Positions 17,684 to 28,099 are shown, numbered from the stretch's first letter. The stretch: 64,000 bases of DNA from Rhizobiales bacterium UBA1912 (GCA_002337455.1 DDGC01000006.1:17922-81921); one strand, 5' to 3'. The notes: generated by a model not told the origin, from the sequence alone. Translations and numbers: made by a program.

Positions 17684-20600
17684 ATGGCCATCAAGAAAAT
17701 TCTCGTCGCCAACCGCTCCGAGATTGCGATCCGGGTGTTCCGGGCTGCCAATGAGCTGGGGCTGAAAACGGTCGCTGTGTTTGCCGAAGAGGACAAACTG
17801 GCGCTGCACCGGTTCAAGGCAGACGAGGCCTATCTGATCGGGCAAGGCAAAGGGCCGGTGGAAGCCTATCTCCAGATCGATGAATACATTCGCGTGGCGC
17901 GGATTTCGGGGGCCGATGCGATCCATCCCGGCTACGGGCTGTTGTCGGAAAGCCCCGAATTTGCCGATGCATGCGAAGATGCTGGGATCATCTTTATCGG
18001 CCCCAAGGCGCAGACGATGCGCGATCTGGGCAACAAGGTTGCCGCCCGCAACATGGCGATCAAGGCGGGTGTGCCCGTGGTGCCAGCCACCGAGCCACTG
18101 CCCGACGATCTCGACGAGGTCGCGAAAATGGCGGACGCTATCGGCTATCCGCTGATGCTCAAGGCGAGCTGGGGTGGCGGCGGGCGCGGCATGCGGCGCA
18201 TAACCGACCCCAAGCAGTTGCGGTCCGAAGTGTCGGAAGGCAAGCGCGAGGCCAAGGCCGCGTTCGGCAAGGACGAGATGTATCTCGAAAAGCTCGTCGA
18301 AAAGGCGCGTCACGTCGAGGTGCAGTTGCTCGGTGACGATCACGGCAATCTCGTGCATCTGTTCGAGCGCGACTGCTCGGTGCAGCGGCGCAATCAGAAG
18401 GTGGTCGAGCGCGCGCCCGCGCCCTACCTCTCCGAAGAAACACGCAAGGCGCTGACCGATGCGGCGCTAAAACTGGGCAATGAAGCCAGCTATCGTTGCG
18501 CAGGCACTGTCGAGTTCCTGATGGATGCCGAGACTGATGATTTCTACTTCATAGAGGTCAATCCGCGCATTCAGGTCGAGCATACGGTGACCGAAGAGGT
18601 CACCGGCATCGATATCGTCAAAGCGCAGATCAAGGTGATGGACGGGGCAGTGATTGGCACGCCTGCATCGGGGGTGCCTGAGCAGAAAGACATCGTTTTG
18701 CACGGTCATGCCCTGCAATGCCGCGTGACCACAGAAGACCCTGAAGAAAACTTCATTCCCGATTACGGGCGGATCACCGCGTACCGTGGTGCAACCGGGT
18801 TTGGGGTGCGACTCGATGGCGGCACTGCCTATTCTGGCGCGATCATCACGCGGTTCTACGATCCGTTGCTGGAAAAAGTGACCTGCTGGGCGCCGACGCC
18901 CGAAGAAGCAATTGCGCGGATGGACCGGGCGCTGCGCGAGTTCCGCATTCGCGGCGTATCGACAAATCTGGCGTTTCTCGAAAACATCATCTCGCACCCC
19001 AAATTCCGCGACAATACCTATACGACGCGGTTCATCGACACGACGCCCGAGCTGTTCGATATCGAAAAGCGCAAGGACCGGGCGACCAAGCTTCTGACCT
19101 ATATTGCCGATGTGACGGTGAATGGTCATCCCGAAGTGCGCGACCGGCCAAGGCCGCCGGCCAACGCCGCAGCGCCGGTGGTTCCCGAATACCCCCCGCT
19201 CCCCGTGGTCGAGGGCAGCCGGCAGGTTCTTGAGCGCGATGGCGCCAGGGGGTTGGCCGACTGGATGAAGGCGCAATCTCGCGTGCTGTTTACCGATACG
19301 ACGATGCGCGACGGGCACCAGAGCCTTCTGGCGACCCGCATGCGCACGTTTGATATGGAAAAGATTGCCAAGGCCTACTCGCGGGGCCTGCCGGATCTGT
19401 TCTCGCTCGAATGCTGGGGTGGGGCGACGTTCGACGTTTCCATGCGGTTCTTGAACGAAGATCCCTGGGAGCGGCTGAAAAAGATCCGCGAGGGCGCACC
19501 GAACATTCTGACCCAGATGCTGCTGCGCGGCGCCAATGGGGTGGGCTACACCAATTATCCCGATAACGTCGTGCAGTTCTTCGTCAAGAAGGCGGCCGAA
19601 GGCGGGATCGATATTTTTCGGGTGTTCGATTGCCTCAACTGGGTCGAGAACATGCGGGTCGCCATGGATGCGGTGATCGAGAGCGGCAAGGTGTGCGAGG
19701 GTGTTGTCTGCTATACAGGCGATATGCTCGACCCCGACCGGGCCAAGTATGATCTCAAATATTATGTCGGGCTGGCCAAGGAGCTCGAAGCGGCGGGCGC
19801 GCATGTGCTGGGCATCAAGGACATGGCCGGAGTGATGAAAGCCCCGGCGGCAAAGAAGCTGTTCGCGACGCTAAAGCAAGAGATCGGGCTGCCGATCCAT
19901 TTCCACACACACGATACGTCGGGCGCTTCGGCGGCGACGGTGCTGGCGGCCTGCGAGGCCGGTGTCGATGCGGTGGATGCAGCGATGGATTCGTTTTCGG
20001 GCACGACAAGCCAGCCCACGCTGGGGTCGCTTGTTGCGGCGCTCGAGGGGACCGAGCGCGATGCGCAGCTTTCGCCCAAGGCGATCCGGGAAATCTCGTT
20101 TTATTGGGAAGCCGTGCGCACGCAGTACCGGGCCTTCGAGAGCGATCTCAAGGGTGGGGCGTCAGAAGTTTATCTGCACGAAATGCCCGGCGGGCAGTTC
20201 ACCAACCTGAAAGAACAAGCCCGCTCGATGGGACTGGAAACCCGCTGGCATGAGGTCGCGCAGACCTATGCCGACGTCAACCAGATGTTCGGCGATATCG
20301 TCAAGGTGACGCCGAGCTCCAAGGTGGTGGGCGATATGGCGCTGGCCATGGTGTCTTCGGGCCTCAAGCGGGCCGACGTCGAAAATCCCGATAAGGACGT
20401 ATCGTTTCCAGATTCGGTTATCGGGTTCTTTGCCGGCGATCTGGGCCAGCCAACGGGCGGTTTCCCCGAGGCGCTGCAAAAGAAGGTCCTGAAGGGCAAG
20501 AAGGCGCTGACCGAGCGGCCTGGCAAGGGCCTTGCGCCGGCCGACCTCGAAGACGAGCGCAAGAAAGCCGAAGAGGTGTCGGGCATGGAAATCGATGATT

Positions 20601-21124
20601 TCCGGCTCGCCTCGTATCTGATGTACCCGAAAGTGTTCGCCGAGTTCGCCAAGGCCCAGGACCTTTACGGACCGACCGAAGTGCTGCCTACGCCTGTCTA
20701 TTTTTATGGGCTCAATCCGGCCGATGAAATTCTCGTCGATCTGGAAAAGGGCAAGACCATGGTGGTCCAGTTCCTCGGCCAGTCGGAAACCAATGAAAAG
20801 GGCATGGTGCGGGTGTTCTTCGACCTCAACGGTCAGCCCCGCGCCGTGGCGGTACCGGACCGGCTAAAGGCCGGGGATATCGTTGCCCGCCCCAAAGCGG
20901 CCGCTGGCGACGCCAAGCAGGTGGGCGCACCCATGCCGGGGGTCATCTCGGCACTGGCCGTCAAGGCGGGCCAGAAAGTTGCAGCGGGCGACGTGTTGCT
21001 TTCGATCGAGGCGATGAAGATGGAAACGGCACTGCACGCTGAAGCGGACGGCACGGTGGCCGAAGTTCTCGTCAAGCCGGGCGATCAGATCGATGCCAAG
21101 GACTTGTTGATCCGCCTCGAATAG
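17684..21124 (+). CDS. pyc: pyruvate carboxylase
   Basis: 1146 aa with a biotin carboxylase domain (MAIKKILVANRSEIAIRVFRAA..), a carboxyltransferase domain (..DTTMRDGHQS..) and the C-terminal biotinyl motif (..EAMKME..). Start at ATG 17684. Confidence 0.95.
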   Translation: MAIKKILVANRSEIAIRVFRAANELGLKTVAVFAEEDKLALHRFKADEAYLIGQGKGPVEAYLQIDEYIRVARISGADAIHPGYGLLSESPEFADACEDAGIIFIGPKAQTMRDLGNKVAARNMAIKAGVPVVPATEPLPDDLDEVAKMADAIGYPLMLKASWGGGGRGMRRITDPKQLRSEVSEGKREAKAAFGKDEMYLEKLVEKARHVEVQLLGDDHGNLVHLFERDCSVQRRNQKVVERAPAPYLSEETRKALTDAALKLGNEASYRCAGTVEFLMDAETDDFYFIEVNPRIQVEHTVTEEVTGIDIVKAQIKVMDGAVIGTPASGVPEQKDIVLHGHALQCRVTTEDPEENFIPDYGRITAYRGATGFGVRLDGGTAYSGAIITRFYDPLLEKVTCWAPTPEEAIARMDRALREFRIRGVSTNLAFLENIISHPKFRDNTYTTRFIDTTPELFDIEKRKDRATKLLTYIADVTVNGHPEVRDRPRPPANAAAPVVPEYPPLPVVEGSRQVLERDGARGLADWMKAQSRVLFTDTTMRDGHQSLLATRMRTFDMEKIAKAYSRGLPDLFSLECWGGATFDVSMRFLNEDPWERLKKIREGAPNILTQMLLRGANGVGYTNYPDNVVQFFVKKAAEGGIDIFRVFDCLNWVENMRVAMDAVIESGKVCEGVVCYTGDMLDPDRAKYDLKYYVGLAKELEAAGAHVLGIKDMAGVMKAPAAKKLFATLKQEIGLPIHFHTHDTSGASAATVLAACEAGVDAVDAAMDSFSGTTSQPTLGSLVAALEGTERDAQLSPKAIREISFYWEAVRTQYRAFESDLKGGASEVYLHEMPGGQFTNLKEQARSMGLETRWHEVAQTYADVNQMFGDIVKVTPSSKVVGDMALAMVSSGLKRADVENPDKDVSFPDSVIGFFAGDLGQPTGGFPEALQKKVLKGKKALTERPGKGLAPADLEDERKKAEEVSGMEIDDFRLASYLMYPKVFAEFAKAQDLYGPTEVLPTPVYFYGLNPADEILVDLEKGKTMVVQFLGQSETNEKGMVRVFFDLNGQPRAVAVPDRLKAGDIVARPKAAAGDAKQVGAPMPGVISALAVKAGQKVAAGDVLLSIEAMKMETALHAEADGTVAEVLVKPGDQIDAKDLLIRLE

Positions 21125-21203
21125 GCACGCACGCTCCCGGCCAAGAAAAAAGACGGCGCGGAAGATCCGGGCCGTCCGAGGCAAAGGGGAGGAGATCAAT
21201 CAT

Positions 21204-21261
21204 AAAAGTCCGGGGAGTCCCGGAAGGGGCGGCCCGCACCGGAAAGGATGCGCGGGCCGCC
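21204..21261 (-). terminator. tandem hairpins downstream of the DUF3309 gene
   Basis: GGCGGCCCGC/GCGGGCCGCC 10-bp stem (21228-21261), then on the minus strand CCGGG-actc-CCCGG followed by ACTTTTAT. Confidence 0.45.
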
Positions 21262-21267
21262 AAAGAG

Positions 21268-21426
21268 CTAGATCGTGCCCATCAACATCAAGATGAGGAC
21301 AACAACCAGAATGACACCAAGAATACCGGTGGGGCCATAGCCCCAGGCACGCGAATACCCCCAAGTGGGCAGGGCGCCAATCAAAAGCAAAATCAAAATG
21401 ATAATCAGAATTGTCGAGAGGCCCAT
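21268..21426 (-). CDS. DUF3309-family small membrane protein (52 aa; not in the ORF track)
   Basis: Own translation: MGLSTILIIILILLLIGALPTWGYSRAWGYGPTGILGVILVVVLILMLMGTI. The ..LP.W.YSR.WGY.P.G.. pattern is typical of DUF3309. Confidence 0.7.
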   Translation of the reverse strand: MGLSTILIIILILLLIGALPTWGYSRAWGYGPTGILGVILVVVLILMLMGTI

Positions 21427-21504
21427 TTTCAAATTCCCTCACTGTGACCATTATGGCGTGTAAAACTTACGTGAGGGGCAAATGGTTCCCGCAGACAATT
21501 TCTT

Positions 21505-21816
21505 TCACATCCGGCGGGCCGTTCCATCGATAATCGGGGCGTCGCGACGGGCACGAGCCGGCGCCGTCACCGGCAGGCGCGAAACGATCCAGCTTACGAT
21601 CAGCGGCACCAGAATGATGTCGTCGATCCAACCCAATACCGGGATGAAATCGGCGATCAAATCGACGGGCCAGACCAGATAGGCCGCGGCCGCTACGGTC
21701 GCGAACTTGAGATAGAGCGGGGTGCCCGGTGACCAGAAGGCCTTCCAGAGCAAGAACGCTTCCTTGCGAAACCGCAGGAAGCGAGGCAGCAGGAGGGAAG
21801 CGAGCATCTTTATCAT
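21505..21816 (-). CDS. DUF1232 (YkvA-like) membrane protein
   Basis: ..YLVWPVDLIADFIPVLGWIDDIILVPL.. is the DUF1232 signature. Confidence 0.75.
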   Translation of the reverse strand: MIKMLASLLLPRFLRFRKEAFLLWKAFWSPGTPLYLKFATVAAAAYLVWPVDLIADFIPVLGWIDDIILVPLIVSWIVSRLPVTAPARARRDAPIIDGTARRM

Positions 21817-21858
21817 GGATTTTAGATAGGGATTGGTAGCAACCTTTCAAGGCTGCTG

Positions 21859-21950
21859 GAGCATTTCAGCGCTTCTTCGAATCGCTTCAATTGCTCGCAG
21901 TCGTGGCTTGGTCGCGCTTCCGAACCGGATAAGTGGTGCCACTTATCCTG
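21859..21950 (+). repeat. dispersed two-hairpin intergenic repeat, complete copy
   Basis: Head GAGCATTTCAGCGCTTC-ttc-GAATCGCTTCAATTGCTC, linker GGTCGCGCTTCCGAACC, tail GGATAAGTGG-tg-CCACTTATCC (21927-21948, perfect 10-bp arms). Confidence 0.7.
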
Positions 21951-22035
21951 GAAGCCCTCTTGGTCGCACGGGGGCAACATTGCGCTGATCTTTGTGAAGG
22001 CTTATGTGTTCGGCGAGAACAAAAGAGTACGGTTC

Positions 22036-23280
22036 ATGGCAGGTCCAGCACAGCGCAAAACCACAGTCGGGGTCGACGTCGGTGGGGTGATGGTCGGGGG
22101 CGGACACCCCATCGTCGTCCAGTCGATGACCAATACCGACACCGCCGATATTGATTCCACAGTAAGGCAGGTCGCGGCGCTGGCGCGGGCCGGCTCGGAG
22201 ATCGTGCGCATCACGGTTGACCGCGACGAGGCCGCCGCTGCGGTGCCCCATATCCGCGACCGGCTGATGGTGCGCGGTGTCAACGTGCCGCTGGTGGGGG
22301 ATTTCCACTATATCGGCCACAAGCTGTTGTCCGATCATCCGGCCTGCGCCGAGGCGTTGGCCAAATACCGGATCAATCCGGGTAATGTGGGGTTCAAGGA
22401 CAAACGCGACAAACAGTTTTCCCAGATGATCGAGATTGCCAACCGACATGAAAAGCCGGTGCGGATCGGGGTCAACTGGGGGTCGCTCGACCAGGAATTG
22501 CTGACGGTTCTGATGGATGAGAACGCGGGTCGCACCGAGCCCTGGAGCGCAGCGCATGTGCAGCGTGAGGCGATTATCCGCTCGGCGATCCTTTCGGCCG
22601 AGAGGGCCGAAGATCTGGGCATGGGGCGCGACAAGATCATTCTTTCGACCAAAGTGTCGGACGTCCAGCAGCTAATCTCGGTCTATCAGGAACTGGCGGC
22701 GCGCTGCGATTATGCGCTCCATCTTGGGCTAACCGAAGCGGGGATGGGGTCCAAGGGTATCGTTGCGTCTTCGGCGGCGCTGGGCATTCTGCTGCAGCAG
22801 GGGATTGGCGACACGATCCGCATTTCGCTGACGCCCGAGCCGGGCGGCGACCGGACGCTGGAGGTCAAGGTGGCGCAGGAACTGCTCCAGACCATGGGGT
22901 TCCGCCAGTTCGTGCCGGTGGTTGCCGCGTGTCCGGGCTGTGGGCGGACCACATCGACGACGTTCCAGACGCTGGCCAAGGACATTCAGGACCATCTCTC
23001 GACCTCGATGCCTGAATGGCGCGAGAAATATCCTGGTGTCGAGGCGATGAGCGTTGCCGTGATGGGCTGCATCGTCAACGGGCCGGGGGAATCCAAACAC
23101 GCCGATATCGGCATTTCGCTGCCCGGGACCGGGGAAACACCATCGGCGCCGGTGTTTATCGAGGGCCAGAAGGTCACGACGCTCAAAGGGGCGGACGTGG
23201 CCGACCAGTTCAAGCGCATGGTCGCCGACTATATCGAGAACCGCTTTGGGGCGGGACGGGCCAAGCCGGCGGCGGAATGA
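22036..23280 (+). CDS. ispG: 4-hydroxy-3-methylbut-2-en-1-yl diphosphate synthase (IspG/GcpE)
   Basis: ..[21 protein letters not shown].. and the C-terminal cluster cysteines ..[17 protein letters not shown]... Start set at ATG 22036. Confidence 0.92.
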   Translation: MAGPAQRKTTVGVDVGGVMVGGGHPIVVQSMTNTDTADIDSTVRQVAALARAGSEIVRITVDRDEAAAAVPHIRDRLMVRGVNVPLVGDFHYIGHKLLSDHPACAEALAKYRINPGNVGFKDKRDKQFSQMIEIANRHEKPVRIGVNWGSLDQELLTVLMDENAGRTEPWSAAHVQREAIIRSAILSAERAEDLGMGRDKIILSTKVSDVQQLISVYQELAARCDYALHLGLTEAGMGSKGIVASSAALGILLQQGIGDTIRISLTPEPGGDRTLEVKVAQELLQTMGFRQFVPVVAACPGCGRTTSTTFQTLAKDIQDHLSTSMPEWREKYPGVEAMSVAVMGCIVNGPGESKHADIGISLPGTGETPSAPVFIEGQKVTTLKGADVADQFKRMVADYIENRFGAGRAKPAAE

Positions 23281-23298
23281 AGGCTATTGGAGGATGAG

Positions 23299-23799
23299 AT
23301 GAGGATAGTTTTTTCCACGGTATTGATTACAGCGTTGTCTGCCACCTCTGTCGCCGCCCAAACTGACGTTTCTAGTCGCGCGACCGTGTTTTCTGGGCCT
23401 TACGTAGCCGAGGTCGTACGGGTAATCGATGGCGATACGATAGAAGTCAGCGTGGCCCTGTGGCCCGGGCTCAGGGCAGAATATGCAGTTAGAGTTGCGG
23501 GAATCGATGCCCCGGAACTTCTACGTCCAGATTGTGAGGATGAGCGCCAATGGGCGGAGCGAGCGCAAGCGCAAGCCGCGAGCCTATATTCGGTAGGTCT
23601 TGAGGTGCGCCTAGAGAATGTTCGCTACGACTCATTTGCAGGACGCGTCATAGCAGATGTAAGGCGTTTCCGATCGGATCGCTGGCTGCAGTTTTCGGAT
23701 GAGATGCTTGAACGGCAGATGGCTGTGGAATGGCATCCCGGTCAGGATACGGTTGCCTGGTGTCTCCTGGCGCAGGAAAATGGCGCTCCGGGTACTTAG
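23299..23799 (+). CDS. secreted thermonuclease (SNase-like) family protein
   Basis: Signal peptide MRIVFSTVLITALSATSVAAQ, then ..VIDGDTIEV..RVAGIDAPE... GGAGGA RBS upstream of the ATG. Low G+C (about 53% over 23299-23418). Confidence 0.75.
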   Translation: MRIVFSTVLITALSATSVAAQTDVSSRATVFSGPYVAEVVRVIDGDTIEVSVALWPGLRAEYAVRVAGIDAPELLRPDCEDERQWAERAQAQAASLYSVGLEVRLENVRYDSFAGRVIADVRRFRSDRWLQFSDEMLERQMAVEWHPGQDTVAWCLLAQENGAPGT

Positions 23800-24686
23800 C
23801 TCTTTCGCTCGGCAAAGTGCCCGATCAGCCTGCGCAGAAGGTTGGCCTCGCCGCCGAAATCCTCAAGTGCTTCGAGCCCGTCAGCGACGGCCCTGTTGAG
23901 TACGGCTCGCGCCTCCTCGACTCCACGTCGGGCAACGATCGTCGATTTGTTTTGCGCCACATCCTTGCCGGCGGTCTTGCCCAGCGCGTCGGAGGTGGCG
24001 GTGACGTCGAGGATGTCGTCGGCGATCTGGAAGGCGAGGCCGGCGGCGGTGCCGAAGCGGATCAGTTCGGCCCGCTGGGCGGGGGTGGCGTTGGCGAGGA
24101 TGGCCCCCATTTCCACGCCCGCCCGGATCAGCGCGCCGGTCTTTTTGGCCTGCATCTGGAAGATGGCGTCCTCATCGAGCACCGTGGTTTCGCCCTCGAT
24201 ATCGAGGACCTGGCCACCCACCATGCCCGTGGGGCCGGCGGCATTGGCCAGGGTCAAAACCAGTTCGGCGCGGATGGCGGGGTCGGGATGGGTGCGCGGA
24301 TCGGACAACAGCGCGAAGGCCTCGGTCAGGAGCGCGTCACCGGCAAGGATAGCCAGGGCCGGATCGAAGGCCTTCCAGACAGTGGGTTTGCCGCGGCGCA
24401 GCTCGTCATTGTCCATGTCGGGCAGATCGTCATGGACGAGGGAATAGGAGTGGACCATTTCGAGCGCCGCGCCCGCCGCCAGGCTCTTTTCATGCGGCAC
24501 ATCAAGCAGCGAAGCGGAAAGACGCACGAGGAACGGACGCAGCCGCTTGCCGCCGTCCAGCGCGCCATGCGCCATGGCGGCCAAAAGGCGCTCGGGGGCG
24601 GCGAGCGTTGCAATATGGGCGGCCAGAAACGTTTGGGTTTCGACGGCGCAATCGGCAAGCTGAGAATCGAATTGATCATCGGTCAT
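23796..24686 (-). CDS. ispA: polyprenyl (farnesyl/geranylgeranyl) diphosphate synthase
   Basis: Both aspartate-rich motifs are present (..LVHDDLPDMDNDELRRGKPT.. and ..FQIADDILD..). The start is set at MTDDQF (24686); the 518-aa track ORF is an upstream run-on. Confidence 0.88.
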   Translation of the reverse strand: MTDDQFDSQLADCAVETQTFLAAHIATLAAPERLLAAMAHGALDGGKRLRPFLVRLSASLLDVPHEKSLAAGAALEMVHSYSLVHDDLPDMDNDELRRGKPTVWKAFDPALAILAGDALLTEAFALLSDPRTHPDPAIRAELVLTLANAAGPTGMVGGQVLDIEGETTVLDEDAIFQMQAKKTGALIRAGVEMGAILANATPAQRAELIRFGTAAGLAFQIADDILDVTATSDALGKTAGKDVAQNKSTIVARRGVEEARAVLNRAVADGLEALEDFGGEANLLRRLIGHFAERKS

Positions 24687-24758
24687 GGCAAGATTTGCTA
24701 AAGCCTCCCTGTCCATTCTACAAGCGCGCTCGTTTGCGATTGAACCAGGAGGCGACAT

Positions 24759-25472
24759 TTGGCCAGACGGCGGAAAAAGCGGGGCTGGAAATCCTGGGTG
24801 GCGGTGCCGCTGATGCTGGCCGCGGCGCTGGTCGCCATTCCGCTGGTGCTGGTGCCGCTCTATTGGGTGGTGCCGCCGGTTTCGACCTTGATGATCGGAC
24901 GCTATGTCACAGGGCAGCCTGTAACGCGGATATGGCGCGATCTCGACGAGATTTCCGATCGGCTCAAGACGGCGGTGGTGCTTTCGGAAGACTGGCAGTT
25001 CTGCAACCATCACGGAGTCAATGTCGCAGCGCTGCAGACTGAGATCGACAATTTCTTTGCGGGACGCGAGACGCGGGGCGCCTCTACCATCACCATGCAG
25101 GTGGCGCGGAACCTGTTTCTGACCAATTCGCGCTCGGTGGTGCGCAAGGCGATCGAAGTGCCGCTGGCCATGTACATCGATCTTGTGTTGCCCAAGCAGA
25201 GGATCATGGAGATCTATCTCAACATTGCCGAATGGGGCCCCAACGGGGAGTTCGGCGTGGAGGCGGGTGCGCAGGCGGCGTTCGGGACGAGCGCTGAGAG
25301 CTTTCCATGGCAGCGCGCGACGCTGATGGCGGTGACGCTGCCCAATCCGCATGTGCGGCGGCCCGGCAACCCGACATCGGGGCTGGTTCGGGCGGCTGGA
25401 ATCGTCGAGGCGAGGGTGCGGCAGTTTTCATCGAGCGCCGGGTGCCTGTTCGACGGGGCACCGGAGCTATGA
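24759..25472 (+). CDS. mtgA: monofunctional biosynthetic peptidoglycan transglycosylase
   Basis: N-terminal TM helix and GT51 motifs ..SEDWQFCNHHGV.., ..GASTITMQVARNLFL.., ..KQRIMEIYLNIAEWG... Confidence 0.9.
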   Translation: MARRRKKRGWKSWVAVPLMLAAALVAIPLVLVPLYWVVPPVSTLMIGRYVTGQPVTRIWRDLDEISDRLKTAVVLSEDWQFCNHHGVNVAALQTEIDNFFAGRETRGASTITMQVARNLFLTNSRSVVRKAIEVPLAMYIDLVLPKQRIMEIYLNIAEWGPNGEFGVEAGAQAAFGTSAESFPWQRATLMAVTLPNPHVRRPGNPTSGLVRAAGIVEARVRQFSSSAGCLFDGAPEL

Positions 25473-25628
25473 ATGCGTGCGATTTTCCTGATCGACGGAC
25501 TAGCCAAGGCCCCGGTGATCCTGTATAGAGCGCCACGATCCCGATAGGGTAAAACGGTTTTGGCGTGACCGGCGCGGCAGAGTTCTATTGCCTGGGCAGG
25601 TTGCGCAGCATGAAAATGGAGTAGTCAA

Positions 25629-25811
25629 ATGGCAGTCCCCAAAAGGAAGACGACGCCGATGAAGCGCGGGTTCCGCCGTTCGGCCGATGCGCTTCAAGGC
25701 GCAGCATATGTTGAAGACAAGGACAGCGGCGAGCTTCGCCGTCCGCATCATGTCGATCTCAAATCCGGCATGTATCGCGGCCGTCAGATTATCGAGCCCA
25801 AGGGCAACTGA
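25629..25811 (+). CDS. rpmF: 50S ribosomal protein L32
   Basis: [18 protein letters not shown].. is the canonical L32 N-terminus. The RBS is AATGGAG. Confidence 0.92.
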   Translation: MAVPKRKTTPMKRGFRRSADALQGAAYVEDKDSGELRRPHHVDLKSGMYRGRQIIEPKGN

Positions 25812-25874
25812 TTGCTTAAAGCTCTGGTGCTTTAGACCAAAGCGCCATTGACGGGCTTGCCCGTCCAGATTACG

Positions 25875-25904
25875 GCCAGTCCTTGAAAAAGGGCTGGCTT
25901 TTTT
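25875..25904 (+). terminator. intrinsic terminator after rpmF
   Basis: GCCAGTCC-ttgaaaaa-GGGCTGGC (8 bp, one G-U) followed by TTTTTT. Confidence 0.75.
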
Positions 25905-25937
25905 ATTGGCCTGCATCCCAGCCACTGGAGGATTGTG

Positions 25938-27338
25938 ATGAGCACGCGGACCGAAACCGACTCGATGGGCCCGATCGAGGTTCCTGACGATAAATATTAC
26001 GGGGCACAGACCGCGCGTTCGCTGATGAATTTCGATATCGGGGGCGAAAAGATGCCGCTCGAGATCGTCCATGCCTTCGGCATCCTCAAAAAGGCAGCGG
26101 CGATCACCAACACCAAGCTCGGTCTTATGGATGAGGCCACACGCGATCTTGTGGTCGGCGCGGCTGACGAGGTGATCGCGGGCACGCTCGACGATCATTT
26201 CCCGCTGGTGGTGTGGCAGACCGGGTCGGGCACCCAGTCGAACATGAACGTCAATGAGGTCATTTCCAACCGCGCCATCGAAATAGCCGGCGGGGAGATG
26301 GGCAGCAAAAAGCCCGTCCATCCCAATGACCACGTCAATATGAGCCAGTCGTCCAACGACACCTATCCCACCGCCATGCACATTGCCGCCGTGACGATTG
26401 TCGAGGACAAGCTGTTTGCCAAGGTCAAGCTGCTGCGCGACACGCTGGCGAAAAAGTCCGAAGAATTCATGGATGTGGTCAAGATCGGCCGCACCCATCT
26501 CCAGGACGCGACGCCGCTAACGCTGGGGCAGGAAATCTCGGGCTGGGTGGCGCAGATCGATCTGGCGCTCAAAGCCGTCGAAGTAACGCTGCCGCAGCTG
26601 CGCGAACTGGCGCTGGGCGGAACCGCCGTCGGGACGGGGCTCAACACCCATCCCGATTATGCGCGCATGGTGGCCGATGAAATCTCGAGCCTTTCCGGGC
26701 ATCAGTTCGTGACGGCACCGAACAAGTTTGCTGTCCTGGCCGGGCACGACGCATTCGTTGGTGCGTCGGGTGCGCTCAAGCAACTTGCCGTTGCATTCAT
26801 GAAGATCGCTAACGACGTGCGCTGGCTGGCCTCGGGGCCGCGGTCGGGGTTGGGCGAAATCACCATTCCGGAAAACGAGCCGGGCTCCTCGATCATGCCG
26901 GGCAAGGTCAACCCGACCCAGTCGGAAGCCATGACCATGGTGGTGGCGCAGGTGATGGGCAATGATGCGACCATCGGCTTTGCGGCGAGCCAGGGCAATT
27001 TCGAACTCAATGTCTATAAGCCGGTCATCGCTTTCAACTTCATCCAATCGGTGCGGCTTCTGGCCGATGCGGCCAAATCGTTCAACGACAATTGCGCGGT
27101 GGGGATCGAGCCGGACCGGAAAAAGATCAACGAGCATCTGAACAATTCGCTGATGCTGGTCACCGCGCTCAACCGCAAGATCGGCTATGACAACGCCGCC
27201 AAGATCGCCAAGACGGCACACAAGAACGGTACGACGTTGCGCGAAGAGGCCATCGCTCTGGGGCTCCTCACCGGCGAAGAGTTCGATGCCGAGGTGCGGC
27301 CCGAACAGATGGTGGGGCCGATCGCGGTCAAGACGTAA
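25938..27338 (+). CDS. fumC: class II fumarate hydratase
   Basis: ..[21 protein letters not shown].., ..[12 protein letters not shown].., ..[16 protein letters not shown].. (the GSSxMPxKxN signature). Confidence 0.95.
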   Translation: MSTRTETDSMGPIEVPDDKYYGAQTARSLMNFDIGGEKMPLEIVHAFGILKKAAAITNTKLGLMDEATRDLVVGAADEVIAGTLDDHFPLVVWQTGSGTQSNMNVNEVISNRAIEIAGGEMGSKKPVHPNDHVNMSQSSNDTYPTAMHIAAVTIVEDKLFAKVKLLRDTLAKKSEEFMDVVKIGRTHLQDATPLTLGQEISGWVAQIDLALKAVEVTLPQLRELALGGTAVGTGLNTHPDYARMVADEISSLSGHQFVTAPNKFAVLAGHDAFVGASGALKQLAVAFMKIANDVRWLASGPRSGLGEITIPENEPGSSIMPGKVNPTQSEAMTMVVAQVMGNDATIGFAASQGNFELNVYKPVIAFNFIQSVRLLADAAKSFNDNCAVGIEPDRKKINEHLNNSLMLVTALNRKIGYDNAAKIAKTAHKNGTTLREEAIALGLLTGEEFDAEVRPEQMVGPIAVKT

Positions 27339-27342
27339 ATCA

Positions 27343-27370
27343 GGGCCGGTCATTGACCGGCCTTTCTTCT
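27343..27370 (+). terminator. intrinsic terminator after fumC
   Basis: GGGCCGGTCA-t-TGACCGGCCT palindrome followed by TTTCTTCT. Confidence 0.8.
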
Positions 27371-27405
27371 GGCCAAAAACGGGGTTTTGAGGCAGTGTCG
27401 CGGCT

Positions 27406-27840
27406 ATGAGACCTCCTGTTCGACGGAACCCATCGATGTTCGTACCGCCGCTTCTGGCCCTGCCTTTGATTGTCTACAACGTCATGGCACTGTTCGGCTT
27501 TGCCGATGGCGCGGCCTGGATGTCACCGCTGGCGAGCATCTCCATGGTTTCGGGTGGCGTGTGGGTGCTCAGCGTCGGAGACGTCTTTGTTCTGGTCTCG
27601 TTGCTGCTGTTGTTCGGGGAAATCCTGAAGTCGACGAGGTTCGGCAACGCATCGGTAGTCGATCACATGCTGTCGACTGCAGTGTTTGTCATCTGCCTCG
27701 TGGAATTTCTGCTGGTGGGTTATGCCGCGACATCGGTGTTTTTCATCCTGATGATCATGGCGCTGATCGATGTGATCGCCGGATTTACCGTTTCGATCCG
27801 CGCCGCGGCGCGCGACGTGCAGTTTGGCGGGGTTGAATAG
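27406..27840 (+). CDS. conserved-looking hypothetical membrane protein (4 predicted TM helices)
   Basis: 144-aa hydrophobic ORF with good GC3 bias. The start could be Met11 (27436). I recognise no family. Confidence 0.6.
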   Translation: MRPPVRRNPSMFVPPLLALPLIVYNVMALFGFADGAAWMSPLASISMVSGGVWVLSVGDVFVLVSLLLLFGEILKSTRFGNASVVDHMLSTAVFVICLVEFLLVGYAATSVFFILMIMALIDVIAGFTVSIRAAARDVQFGGVE

Positions 27841-27841
27841 G

Positions 27842-28099
27842 TCAGGCTGAAACCGACTTCCGATAACCCATCGGGACGCGCTTGAGATCGCTGGCTTCGG
27901 TCGAGCGGTAGAACTGGCTGGCCTGGGTTTCCTGCACTGTCGAAGCAGGAGCGCCGGTACGGGTGGATTCGATCAATTGCGCGAGGAAGGCGGCCGGGGG
28001 CGCCGAGCGGGAGAGGGATGGCCTTGCGCGCGGCACGGAGAGGCTGACCGGGAGGTGATGTCCCGAAATCGTCCGTTTCTCTGAGTTGCTCGTGTCCAC
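27842..28099 (-). CDS. hypothetical small protein
   Basis: 85-aa ORF with moderately GC-rich third positions. Its stop is 1 nt from the stop of the convergent gene. No recognisable motif. Confidence 0.35.
   Translation of the reverse strand: MDTSNSEKRTISGHHLPVSLSVPRARPSLSRSAPPAAFLAQLIESTRTGAPASTVQETQASQFYRSTEASDLKRVPMGYRKSVSA

Noticed and set aside
18467-19804. 445-aa ORF antisense to pyc
   Set aside because: It lies entirely inside pyruvate carboxylase and has no recognisable domain. It is a high-GC antisense artefact.
23730-25352. 323-aa plus-strand ORF and the 5' extension of the 518-aa minus-strand ORF around ispA/mtgA
   Set aside because: The plus-strand ORF is antisense to ispA. The minus-strand extension (24687-25352) is antisense to mtgA and is Arg/His-rich. 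ispA begins at MTDDQF (24686).
25500-27353. 332-aa and 278-aa minus-strand ORFs across rpmF/fumC
   Set aside because: They are antisense to two unmistakable housekeeping genes and have no motifs.
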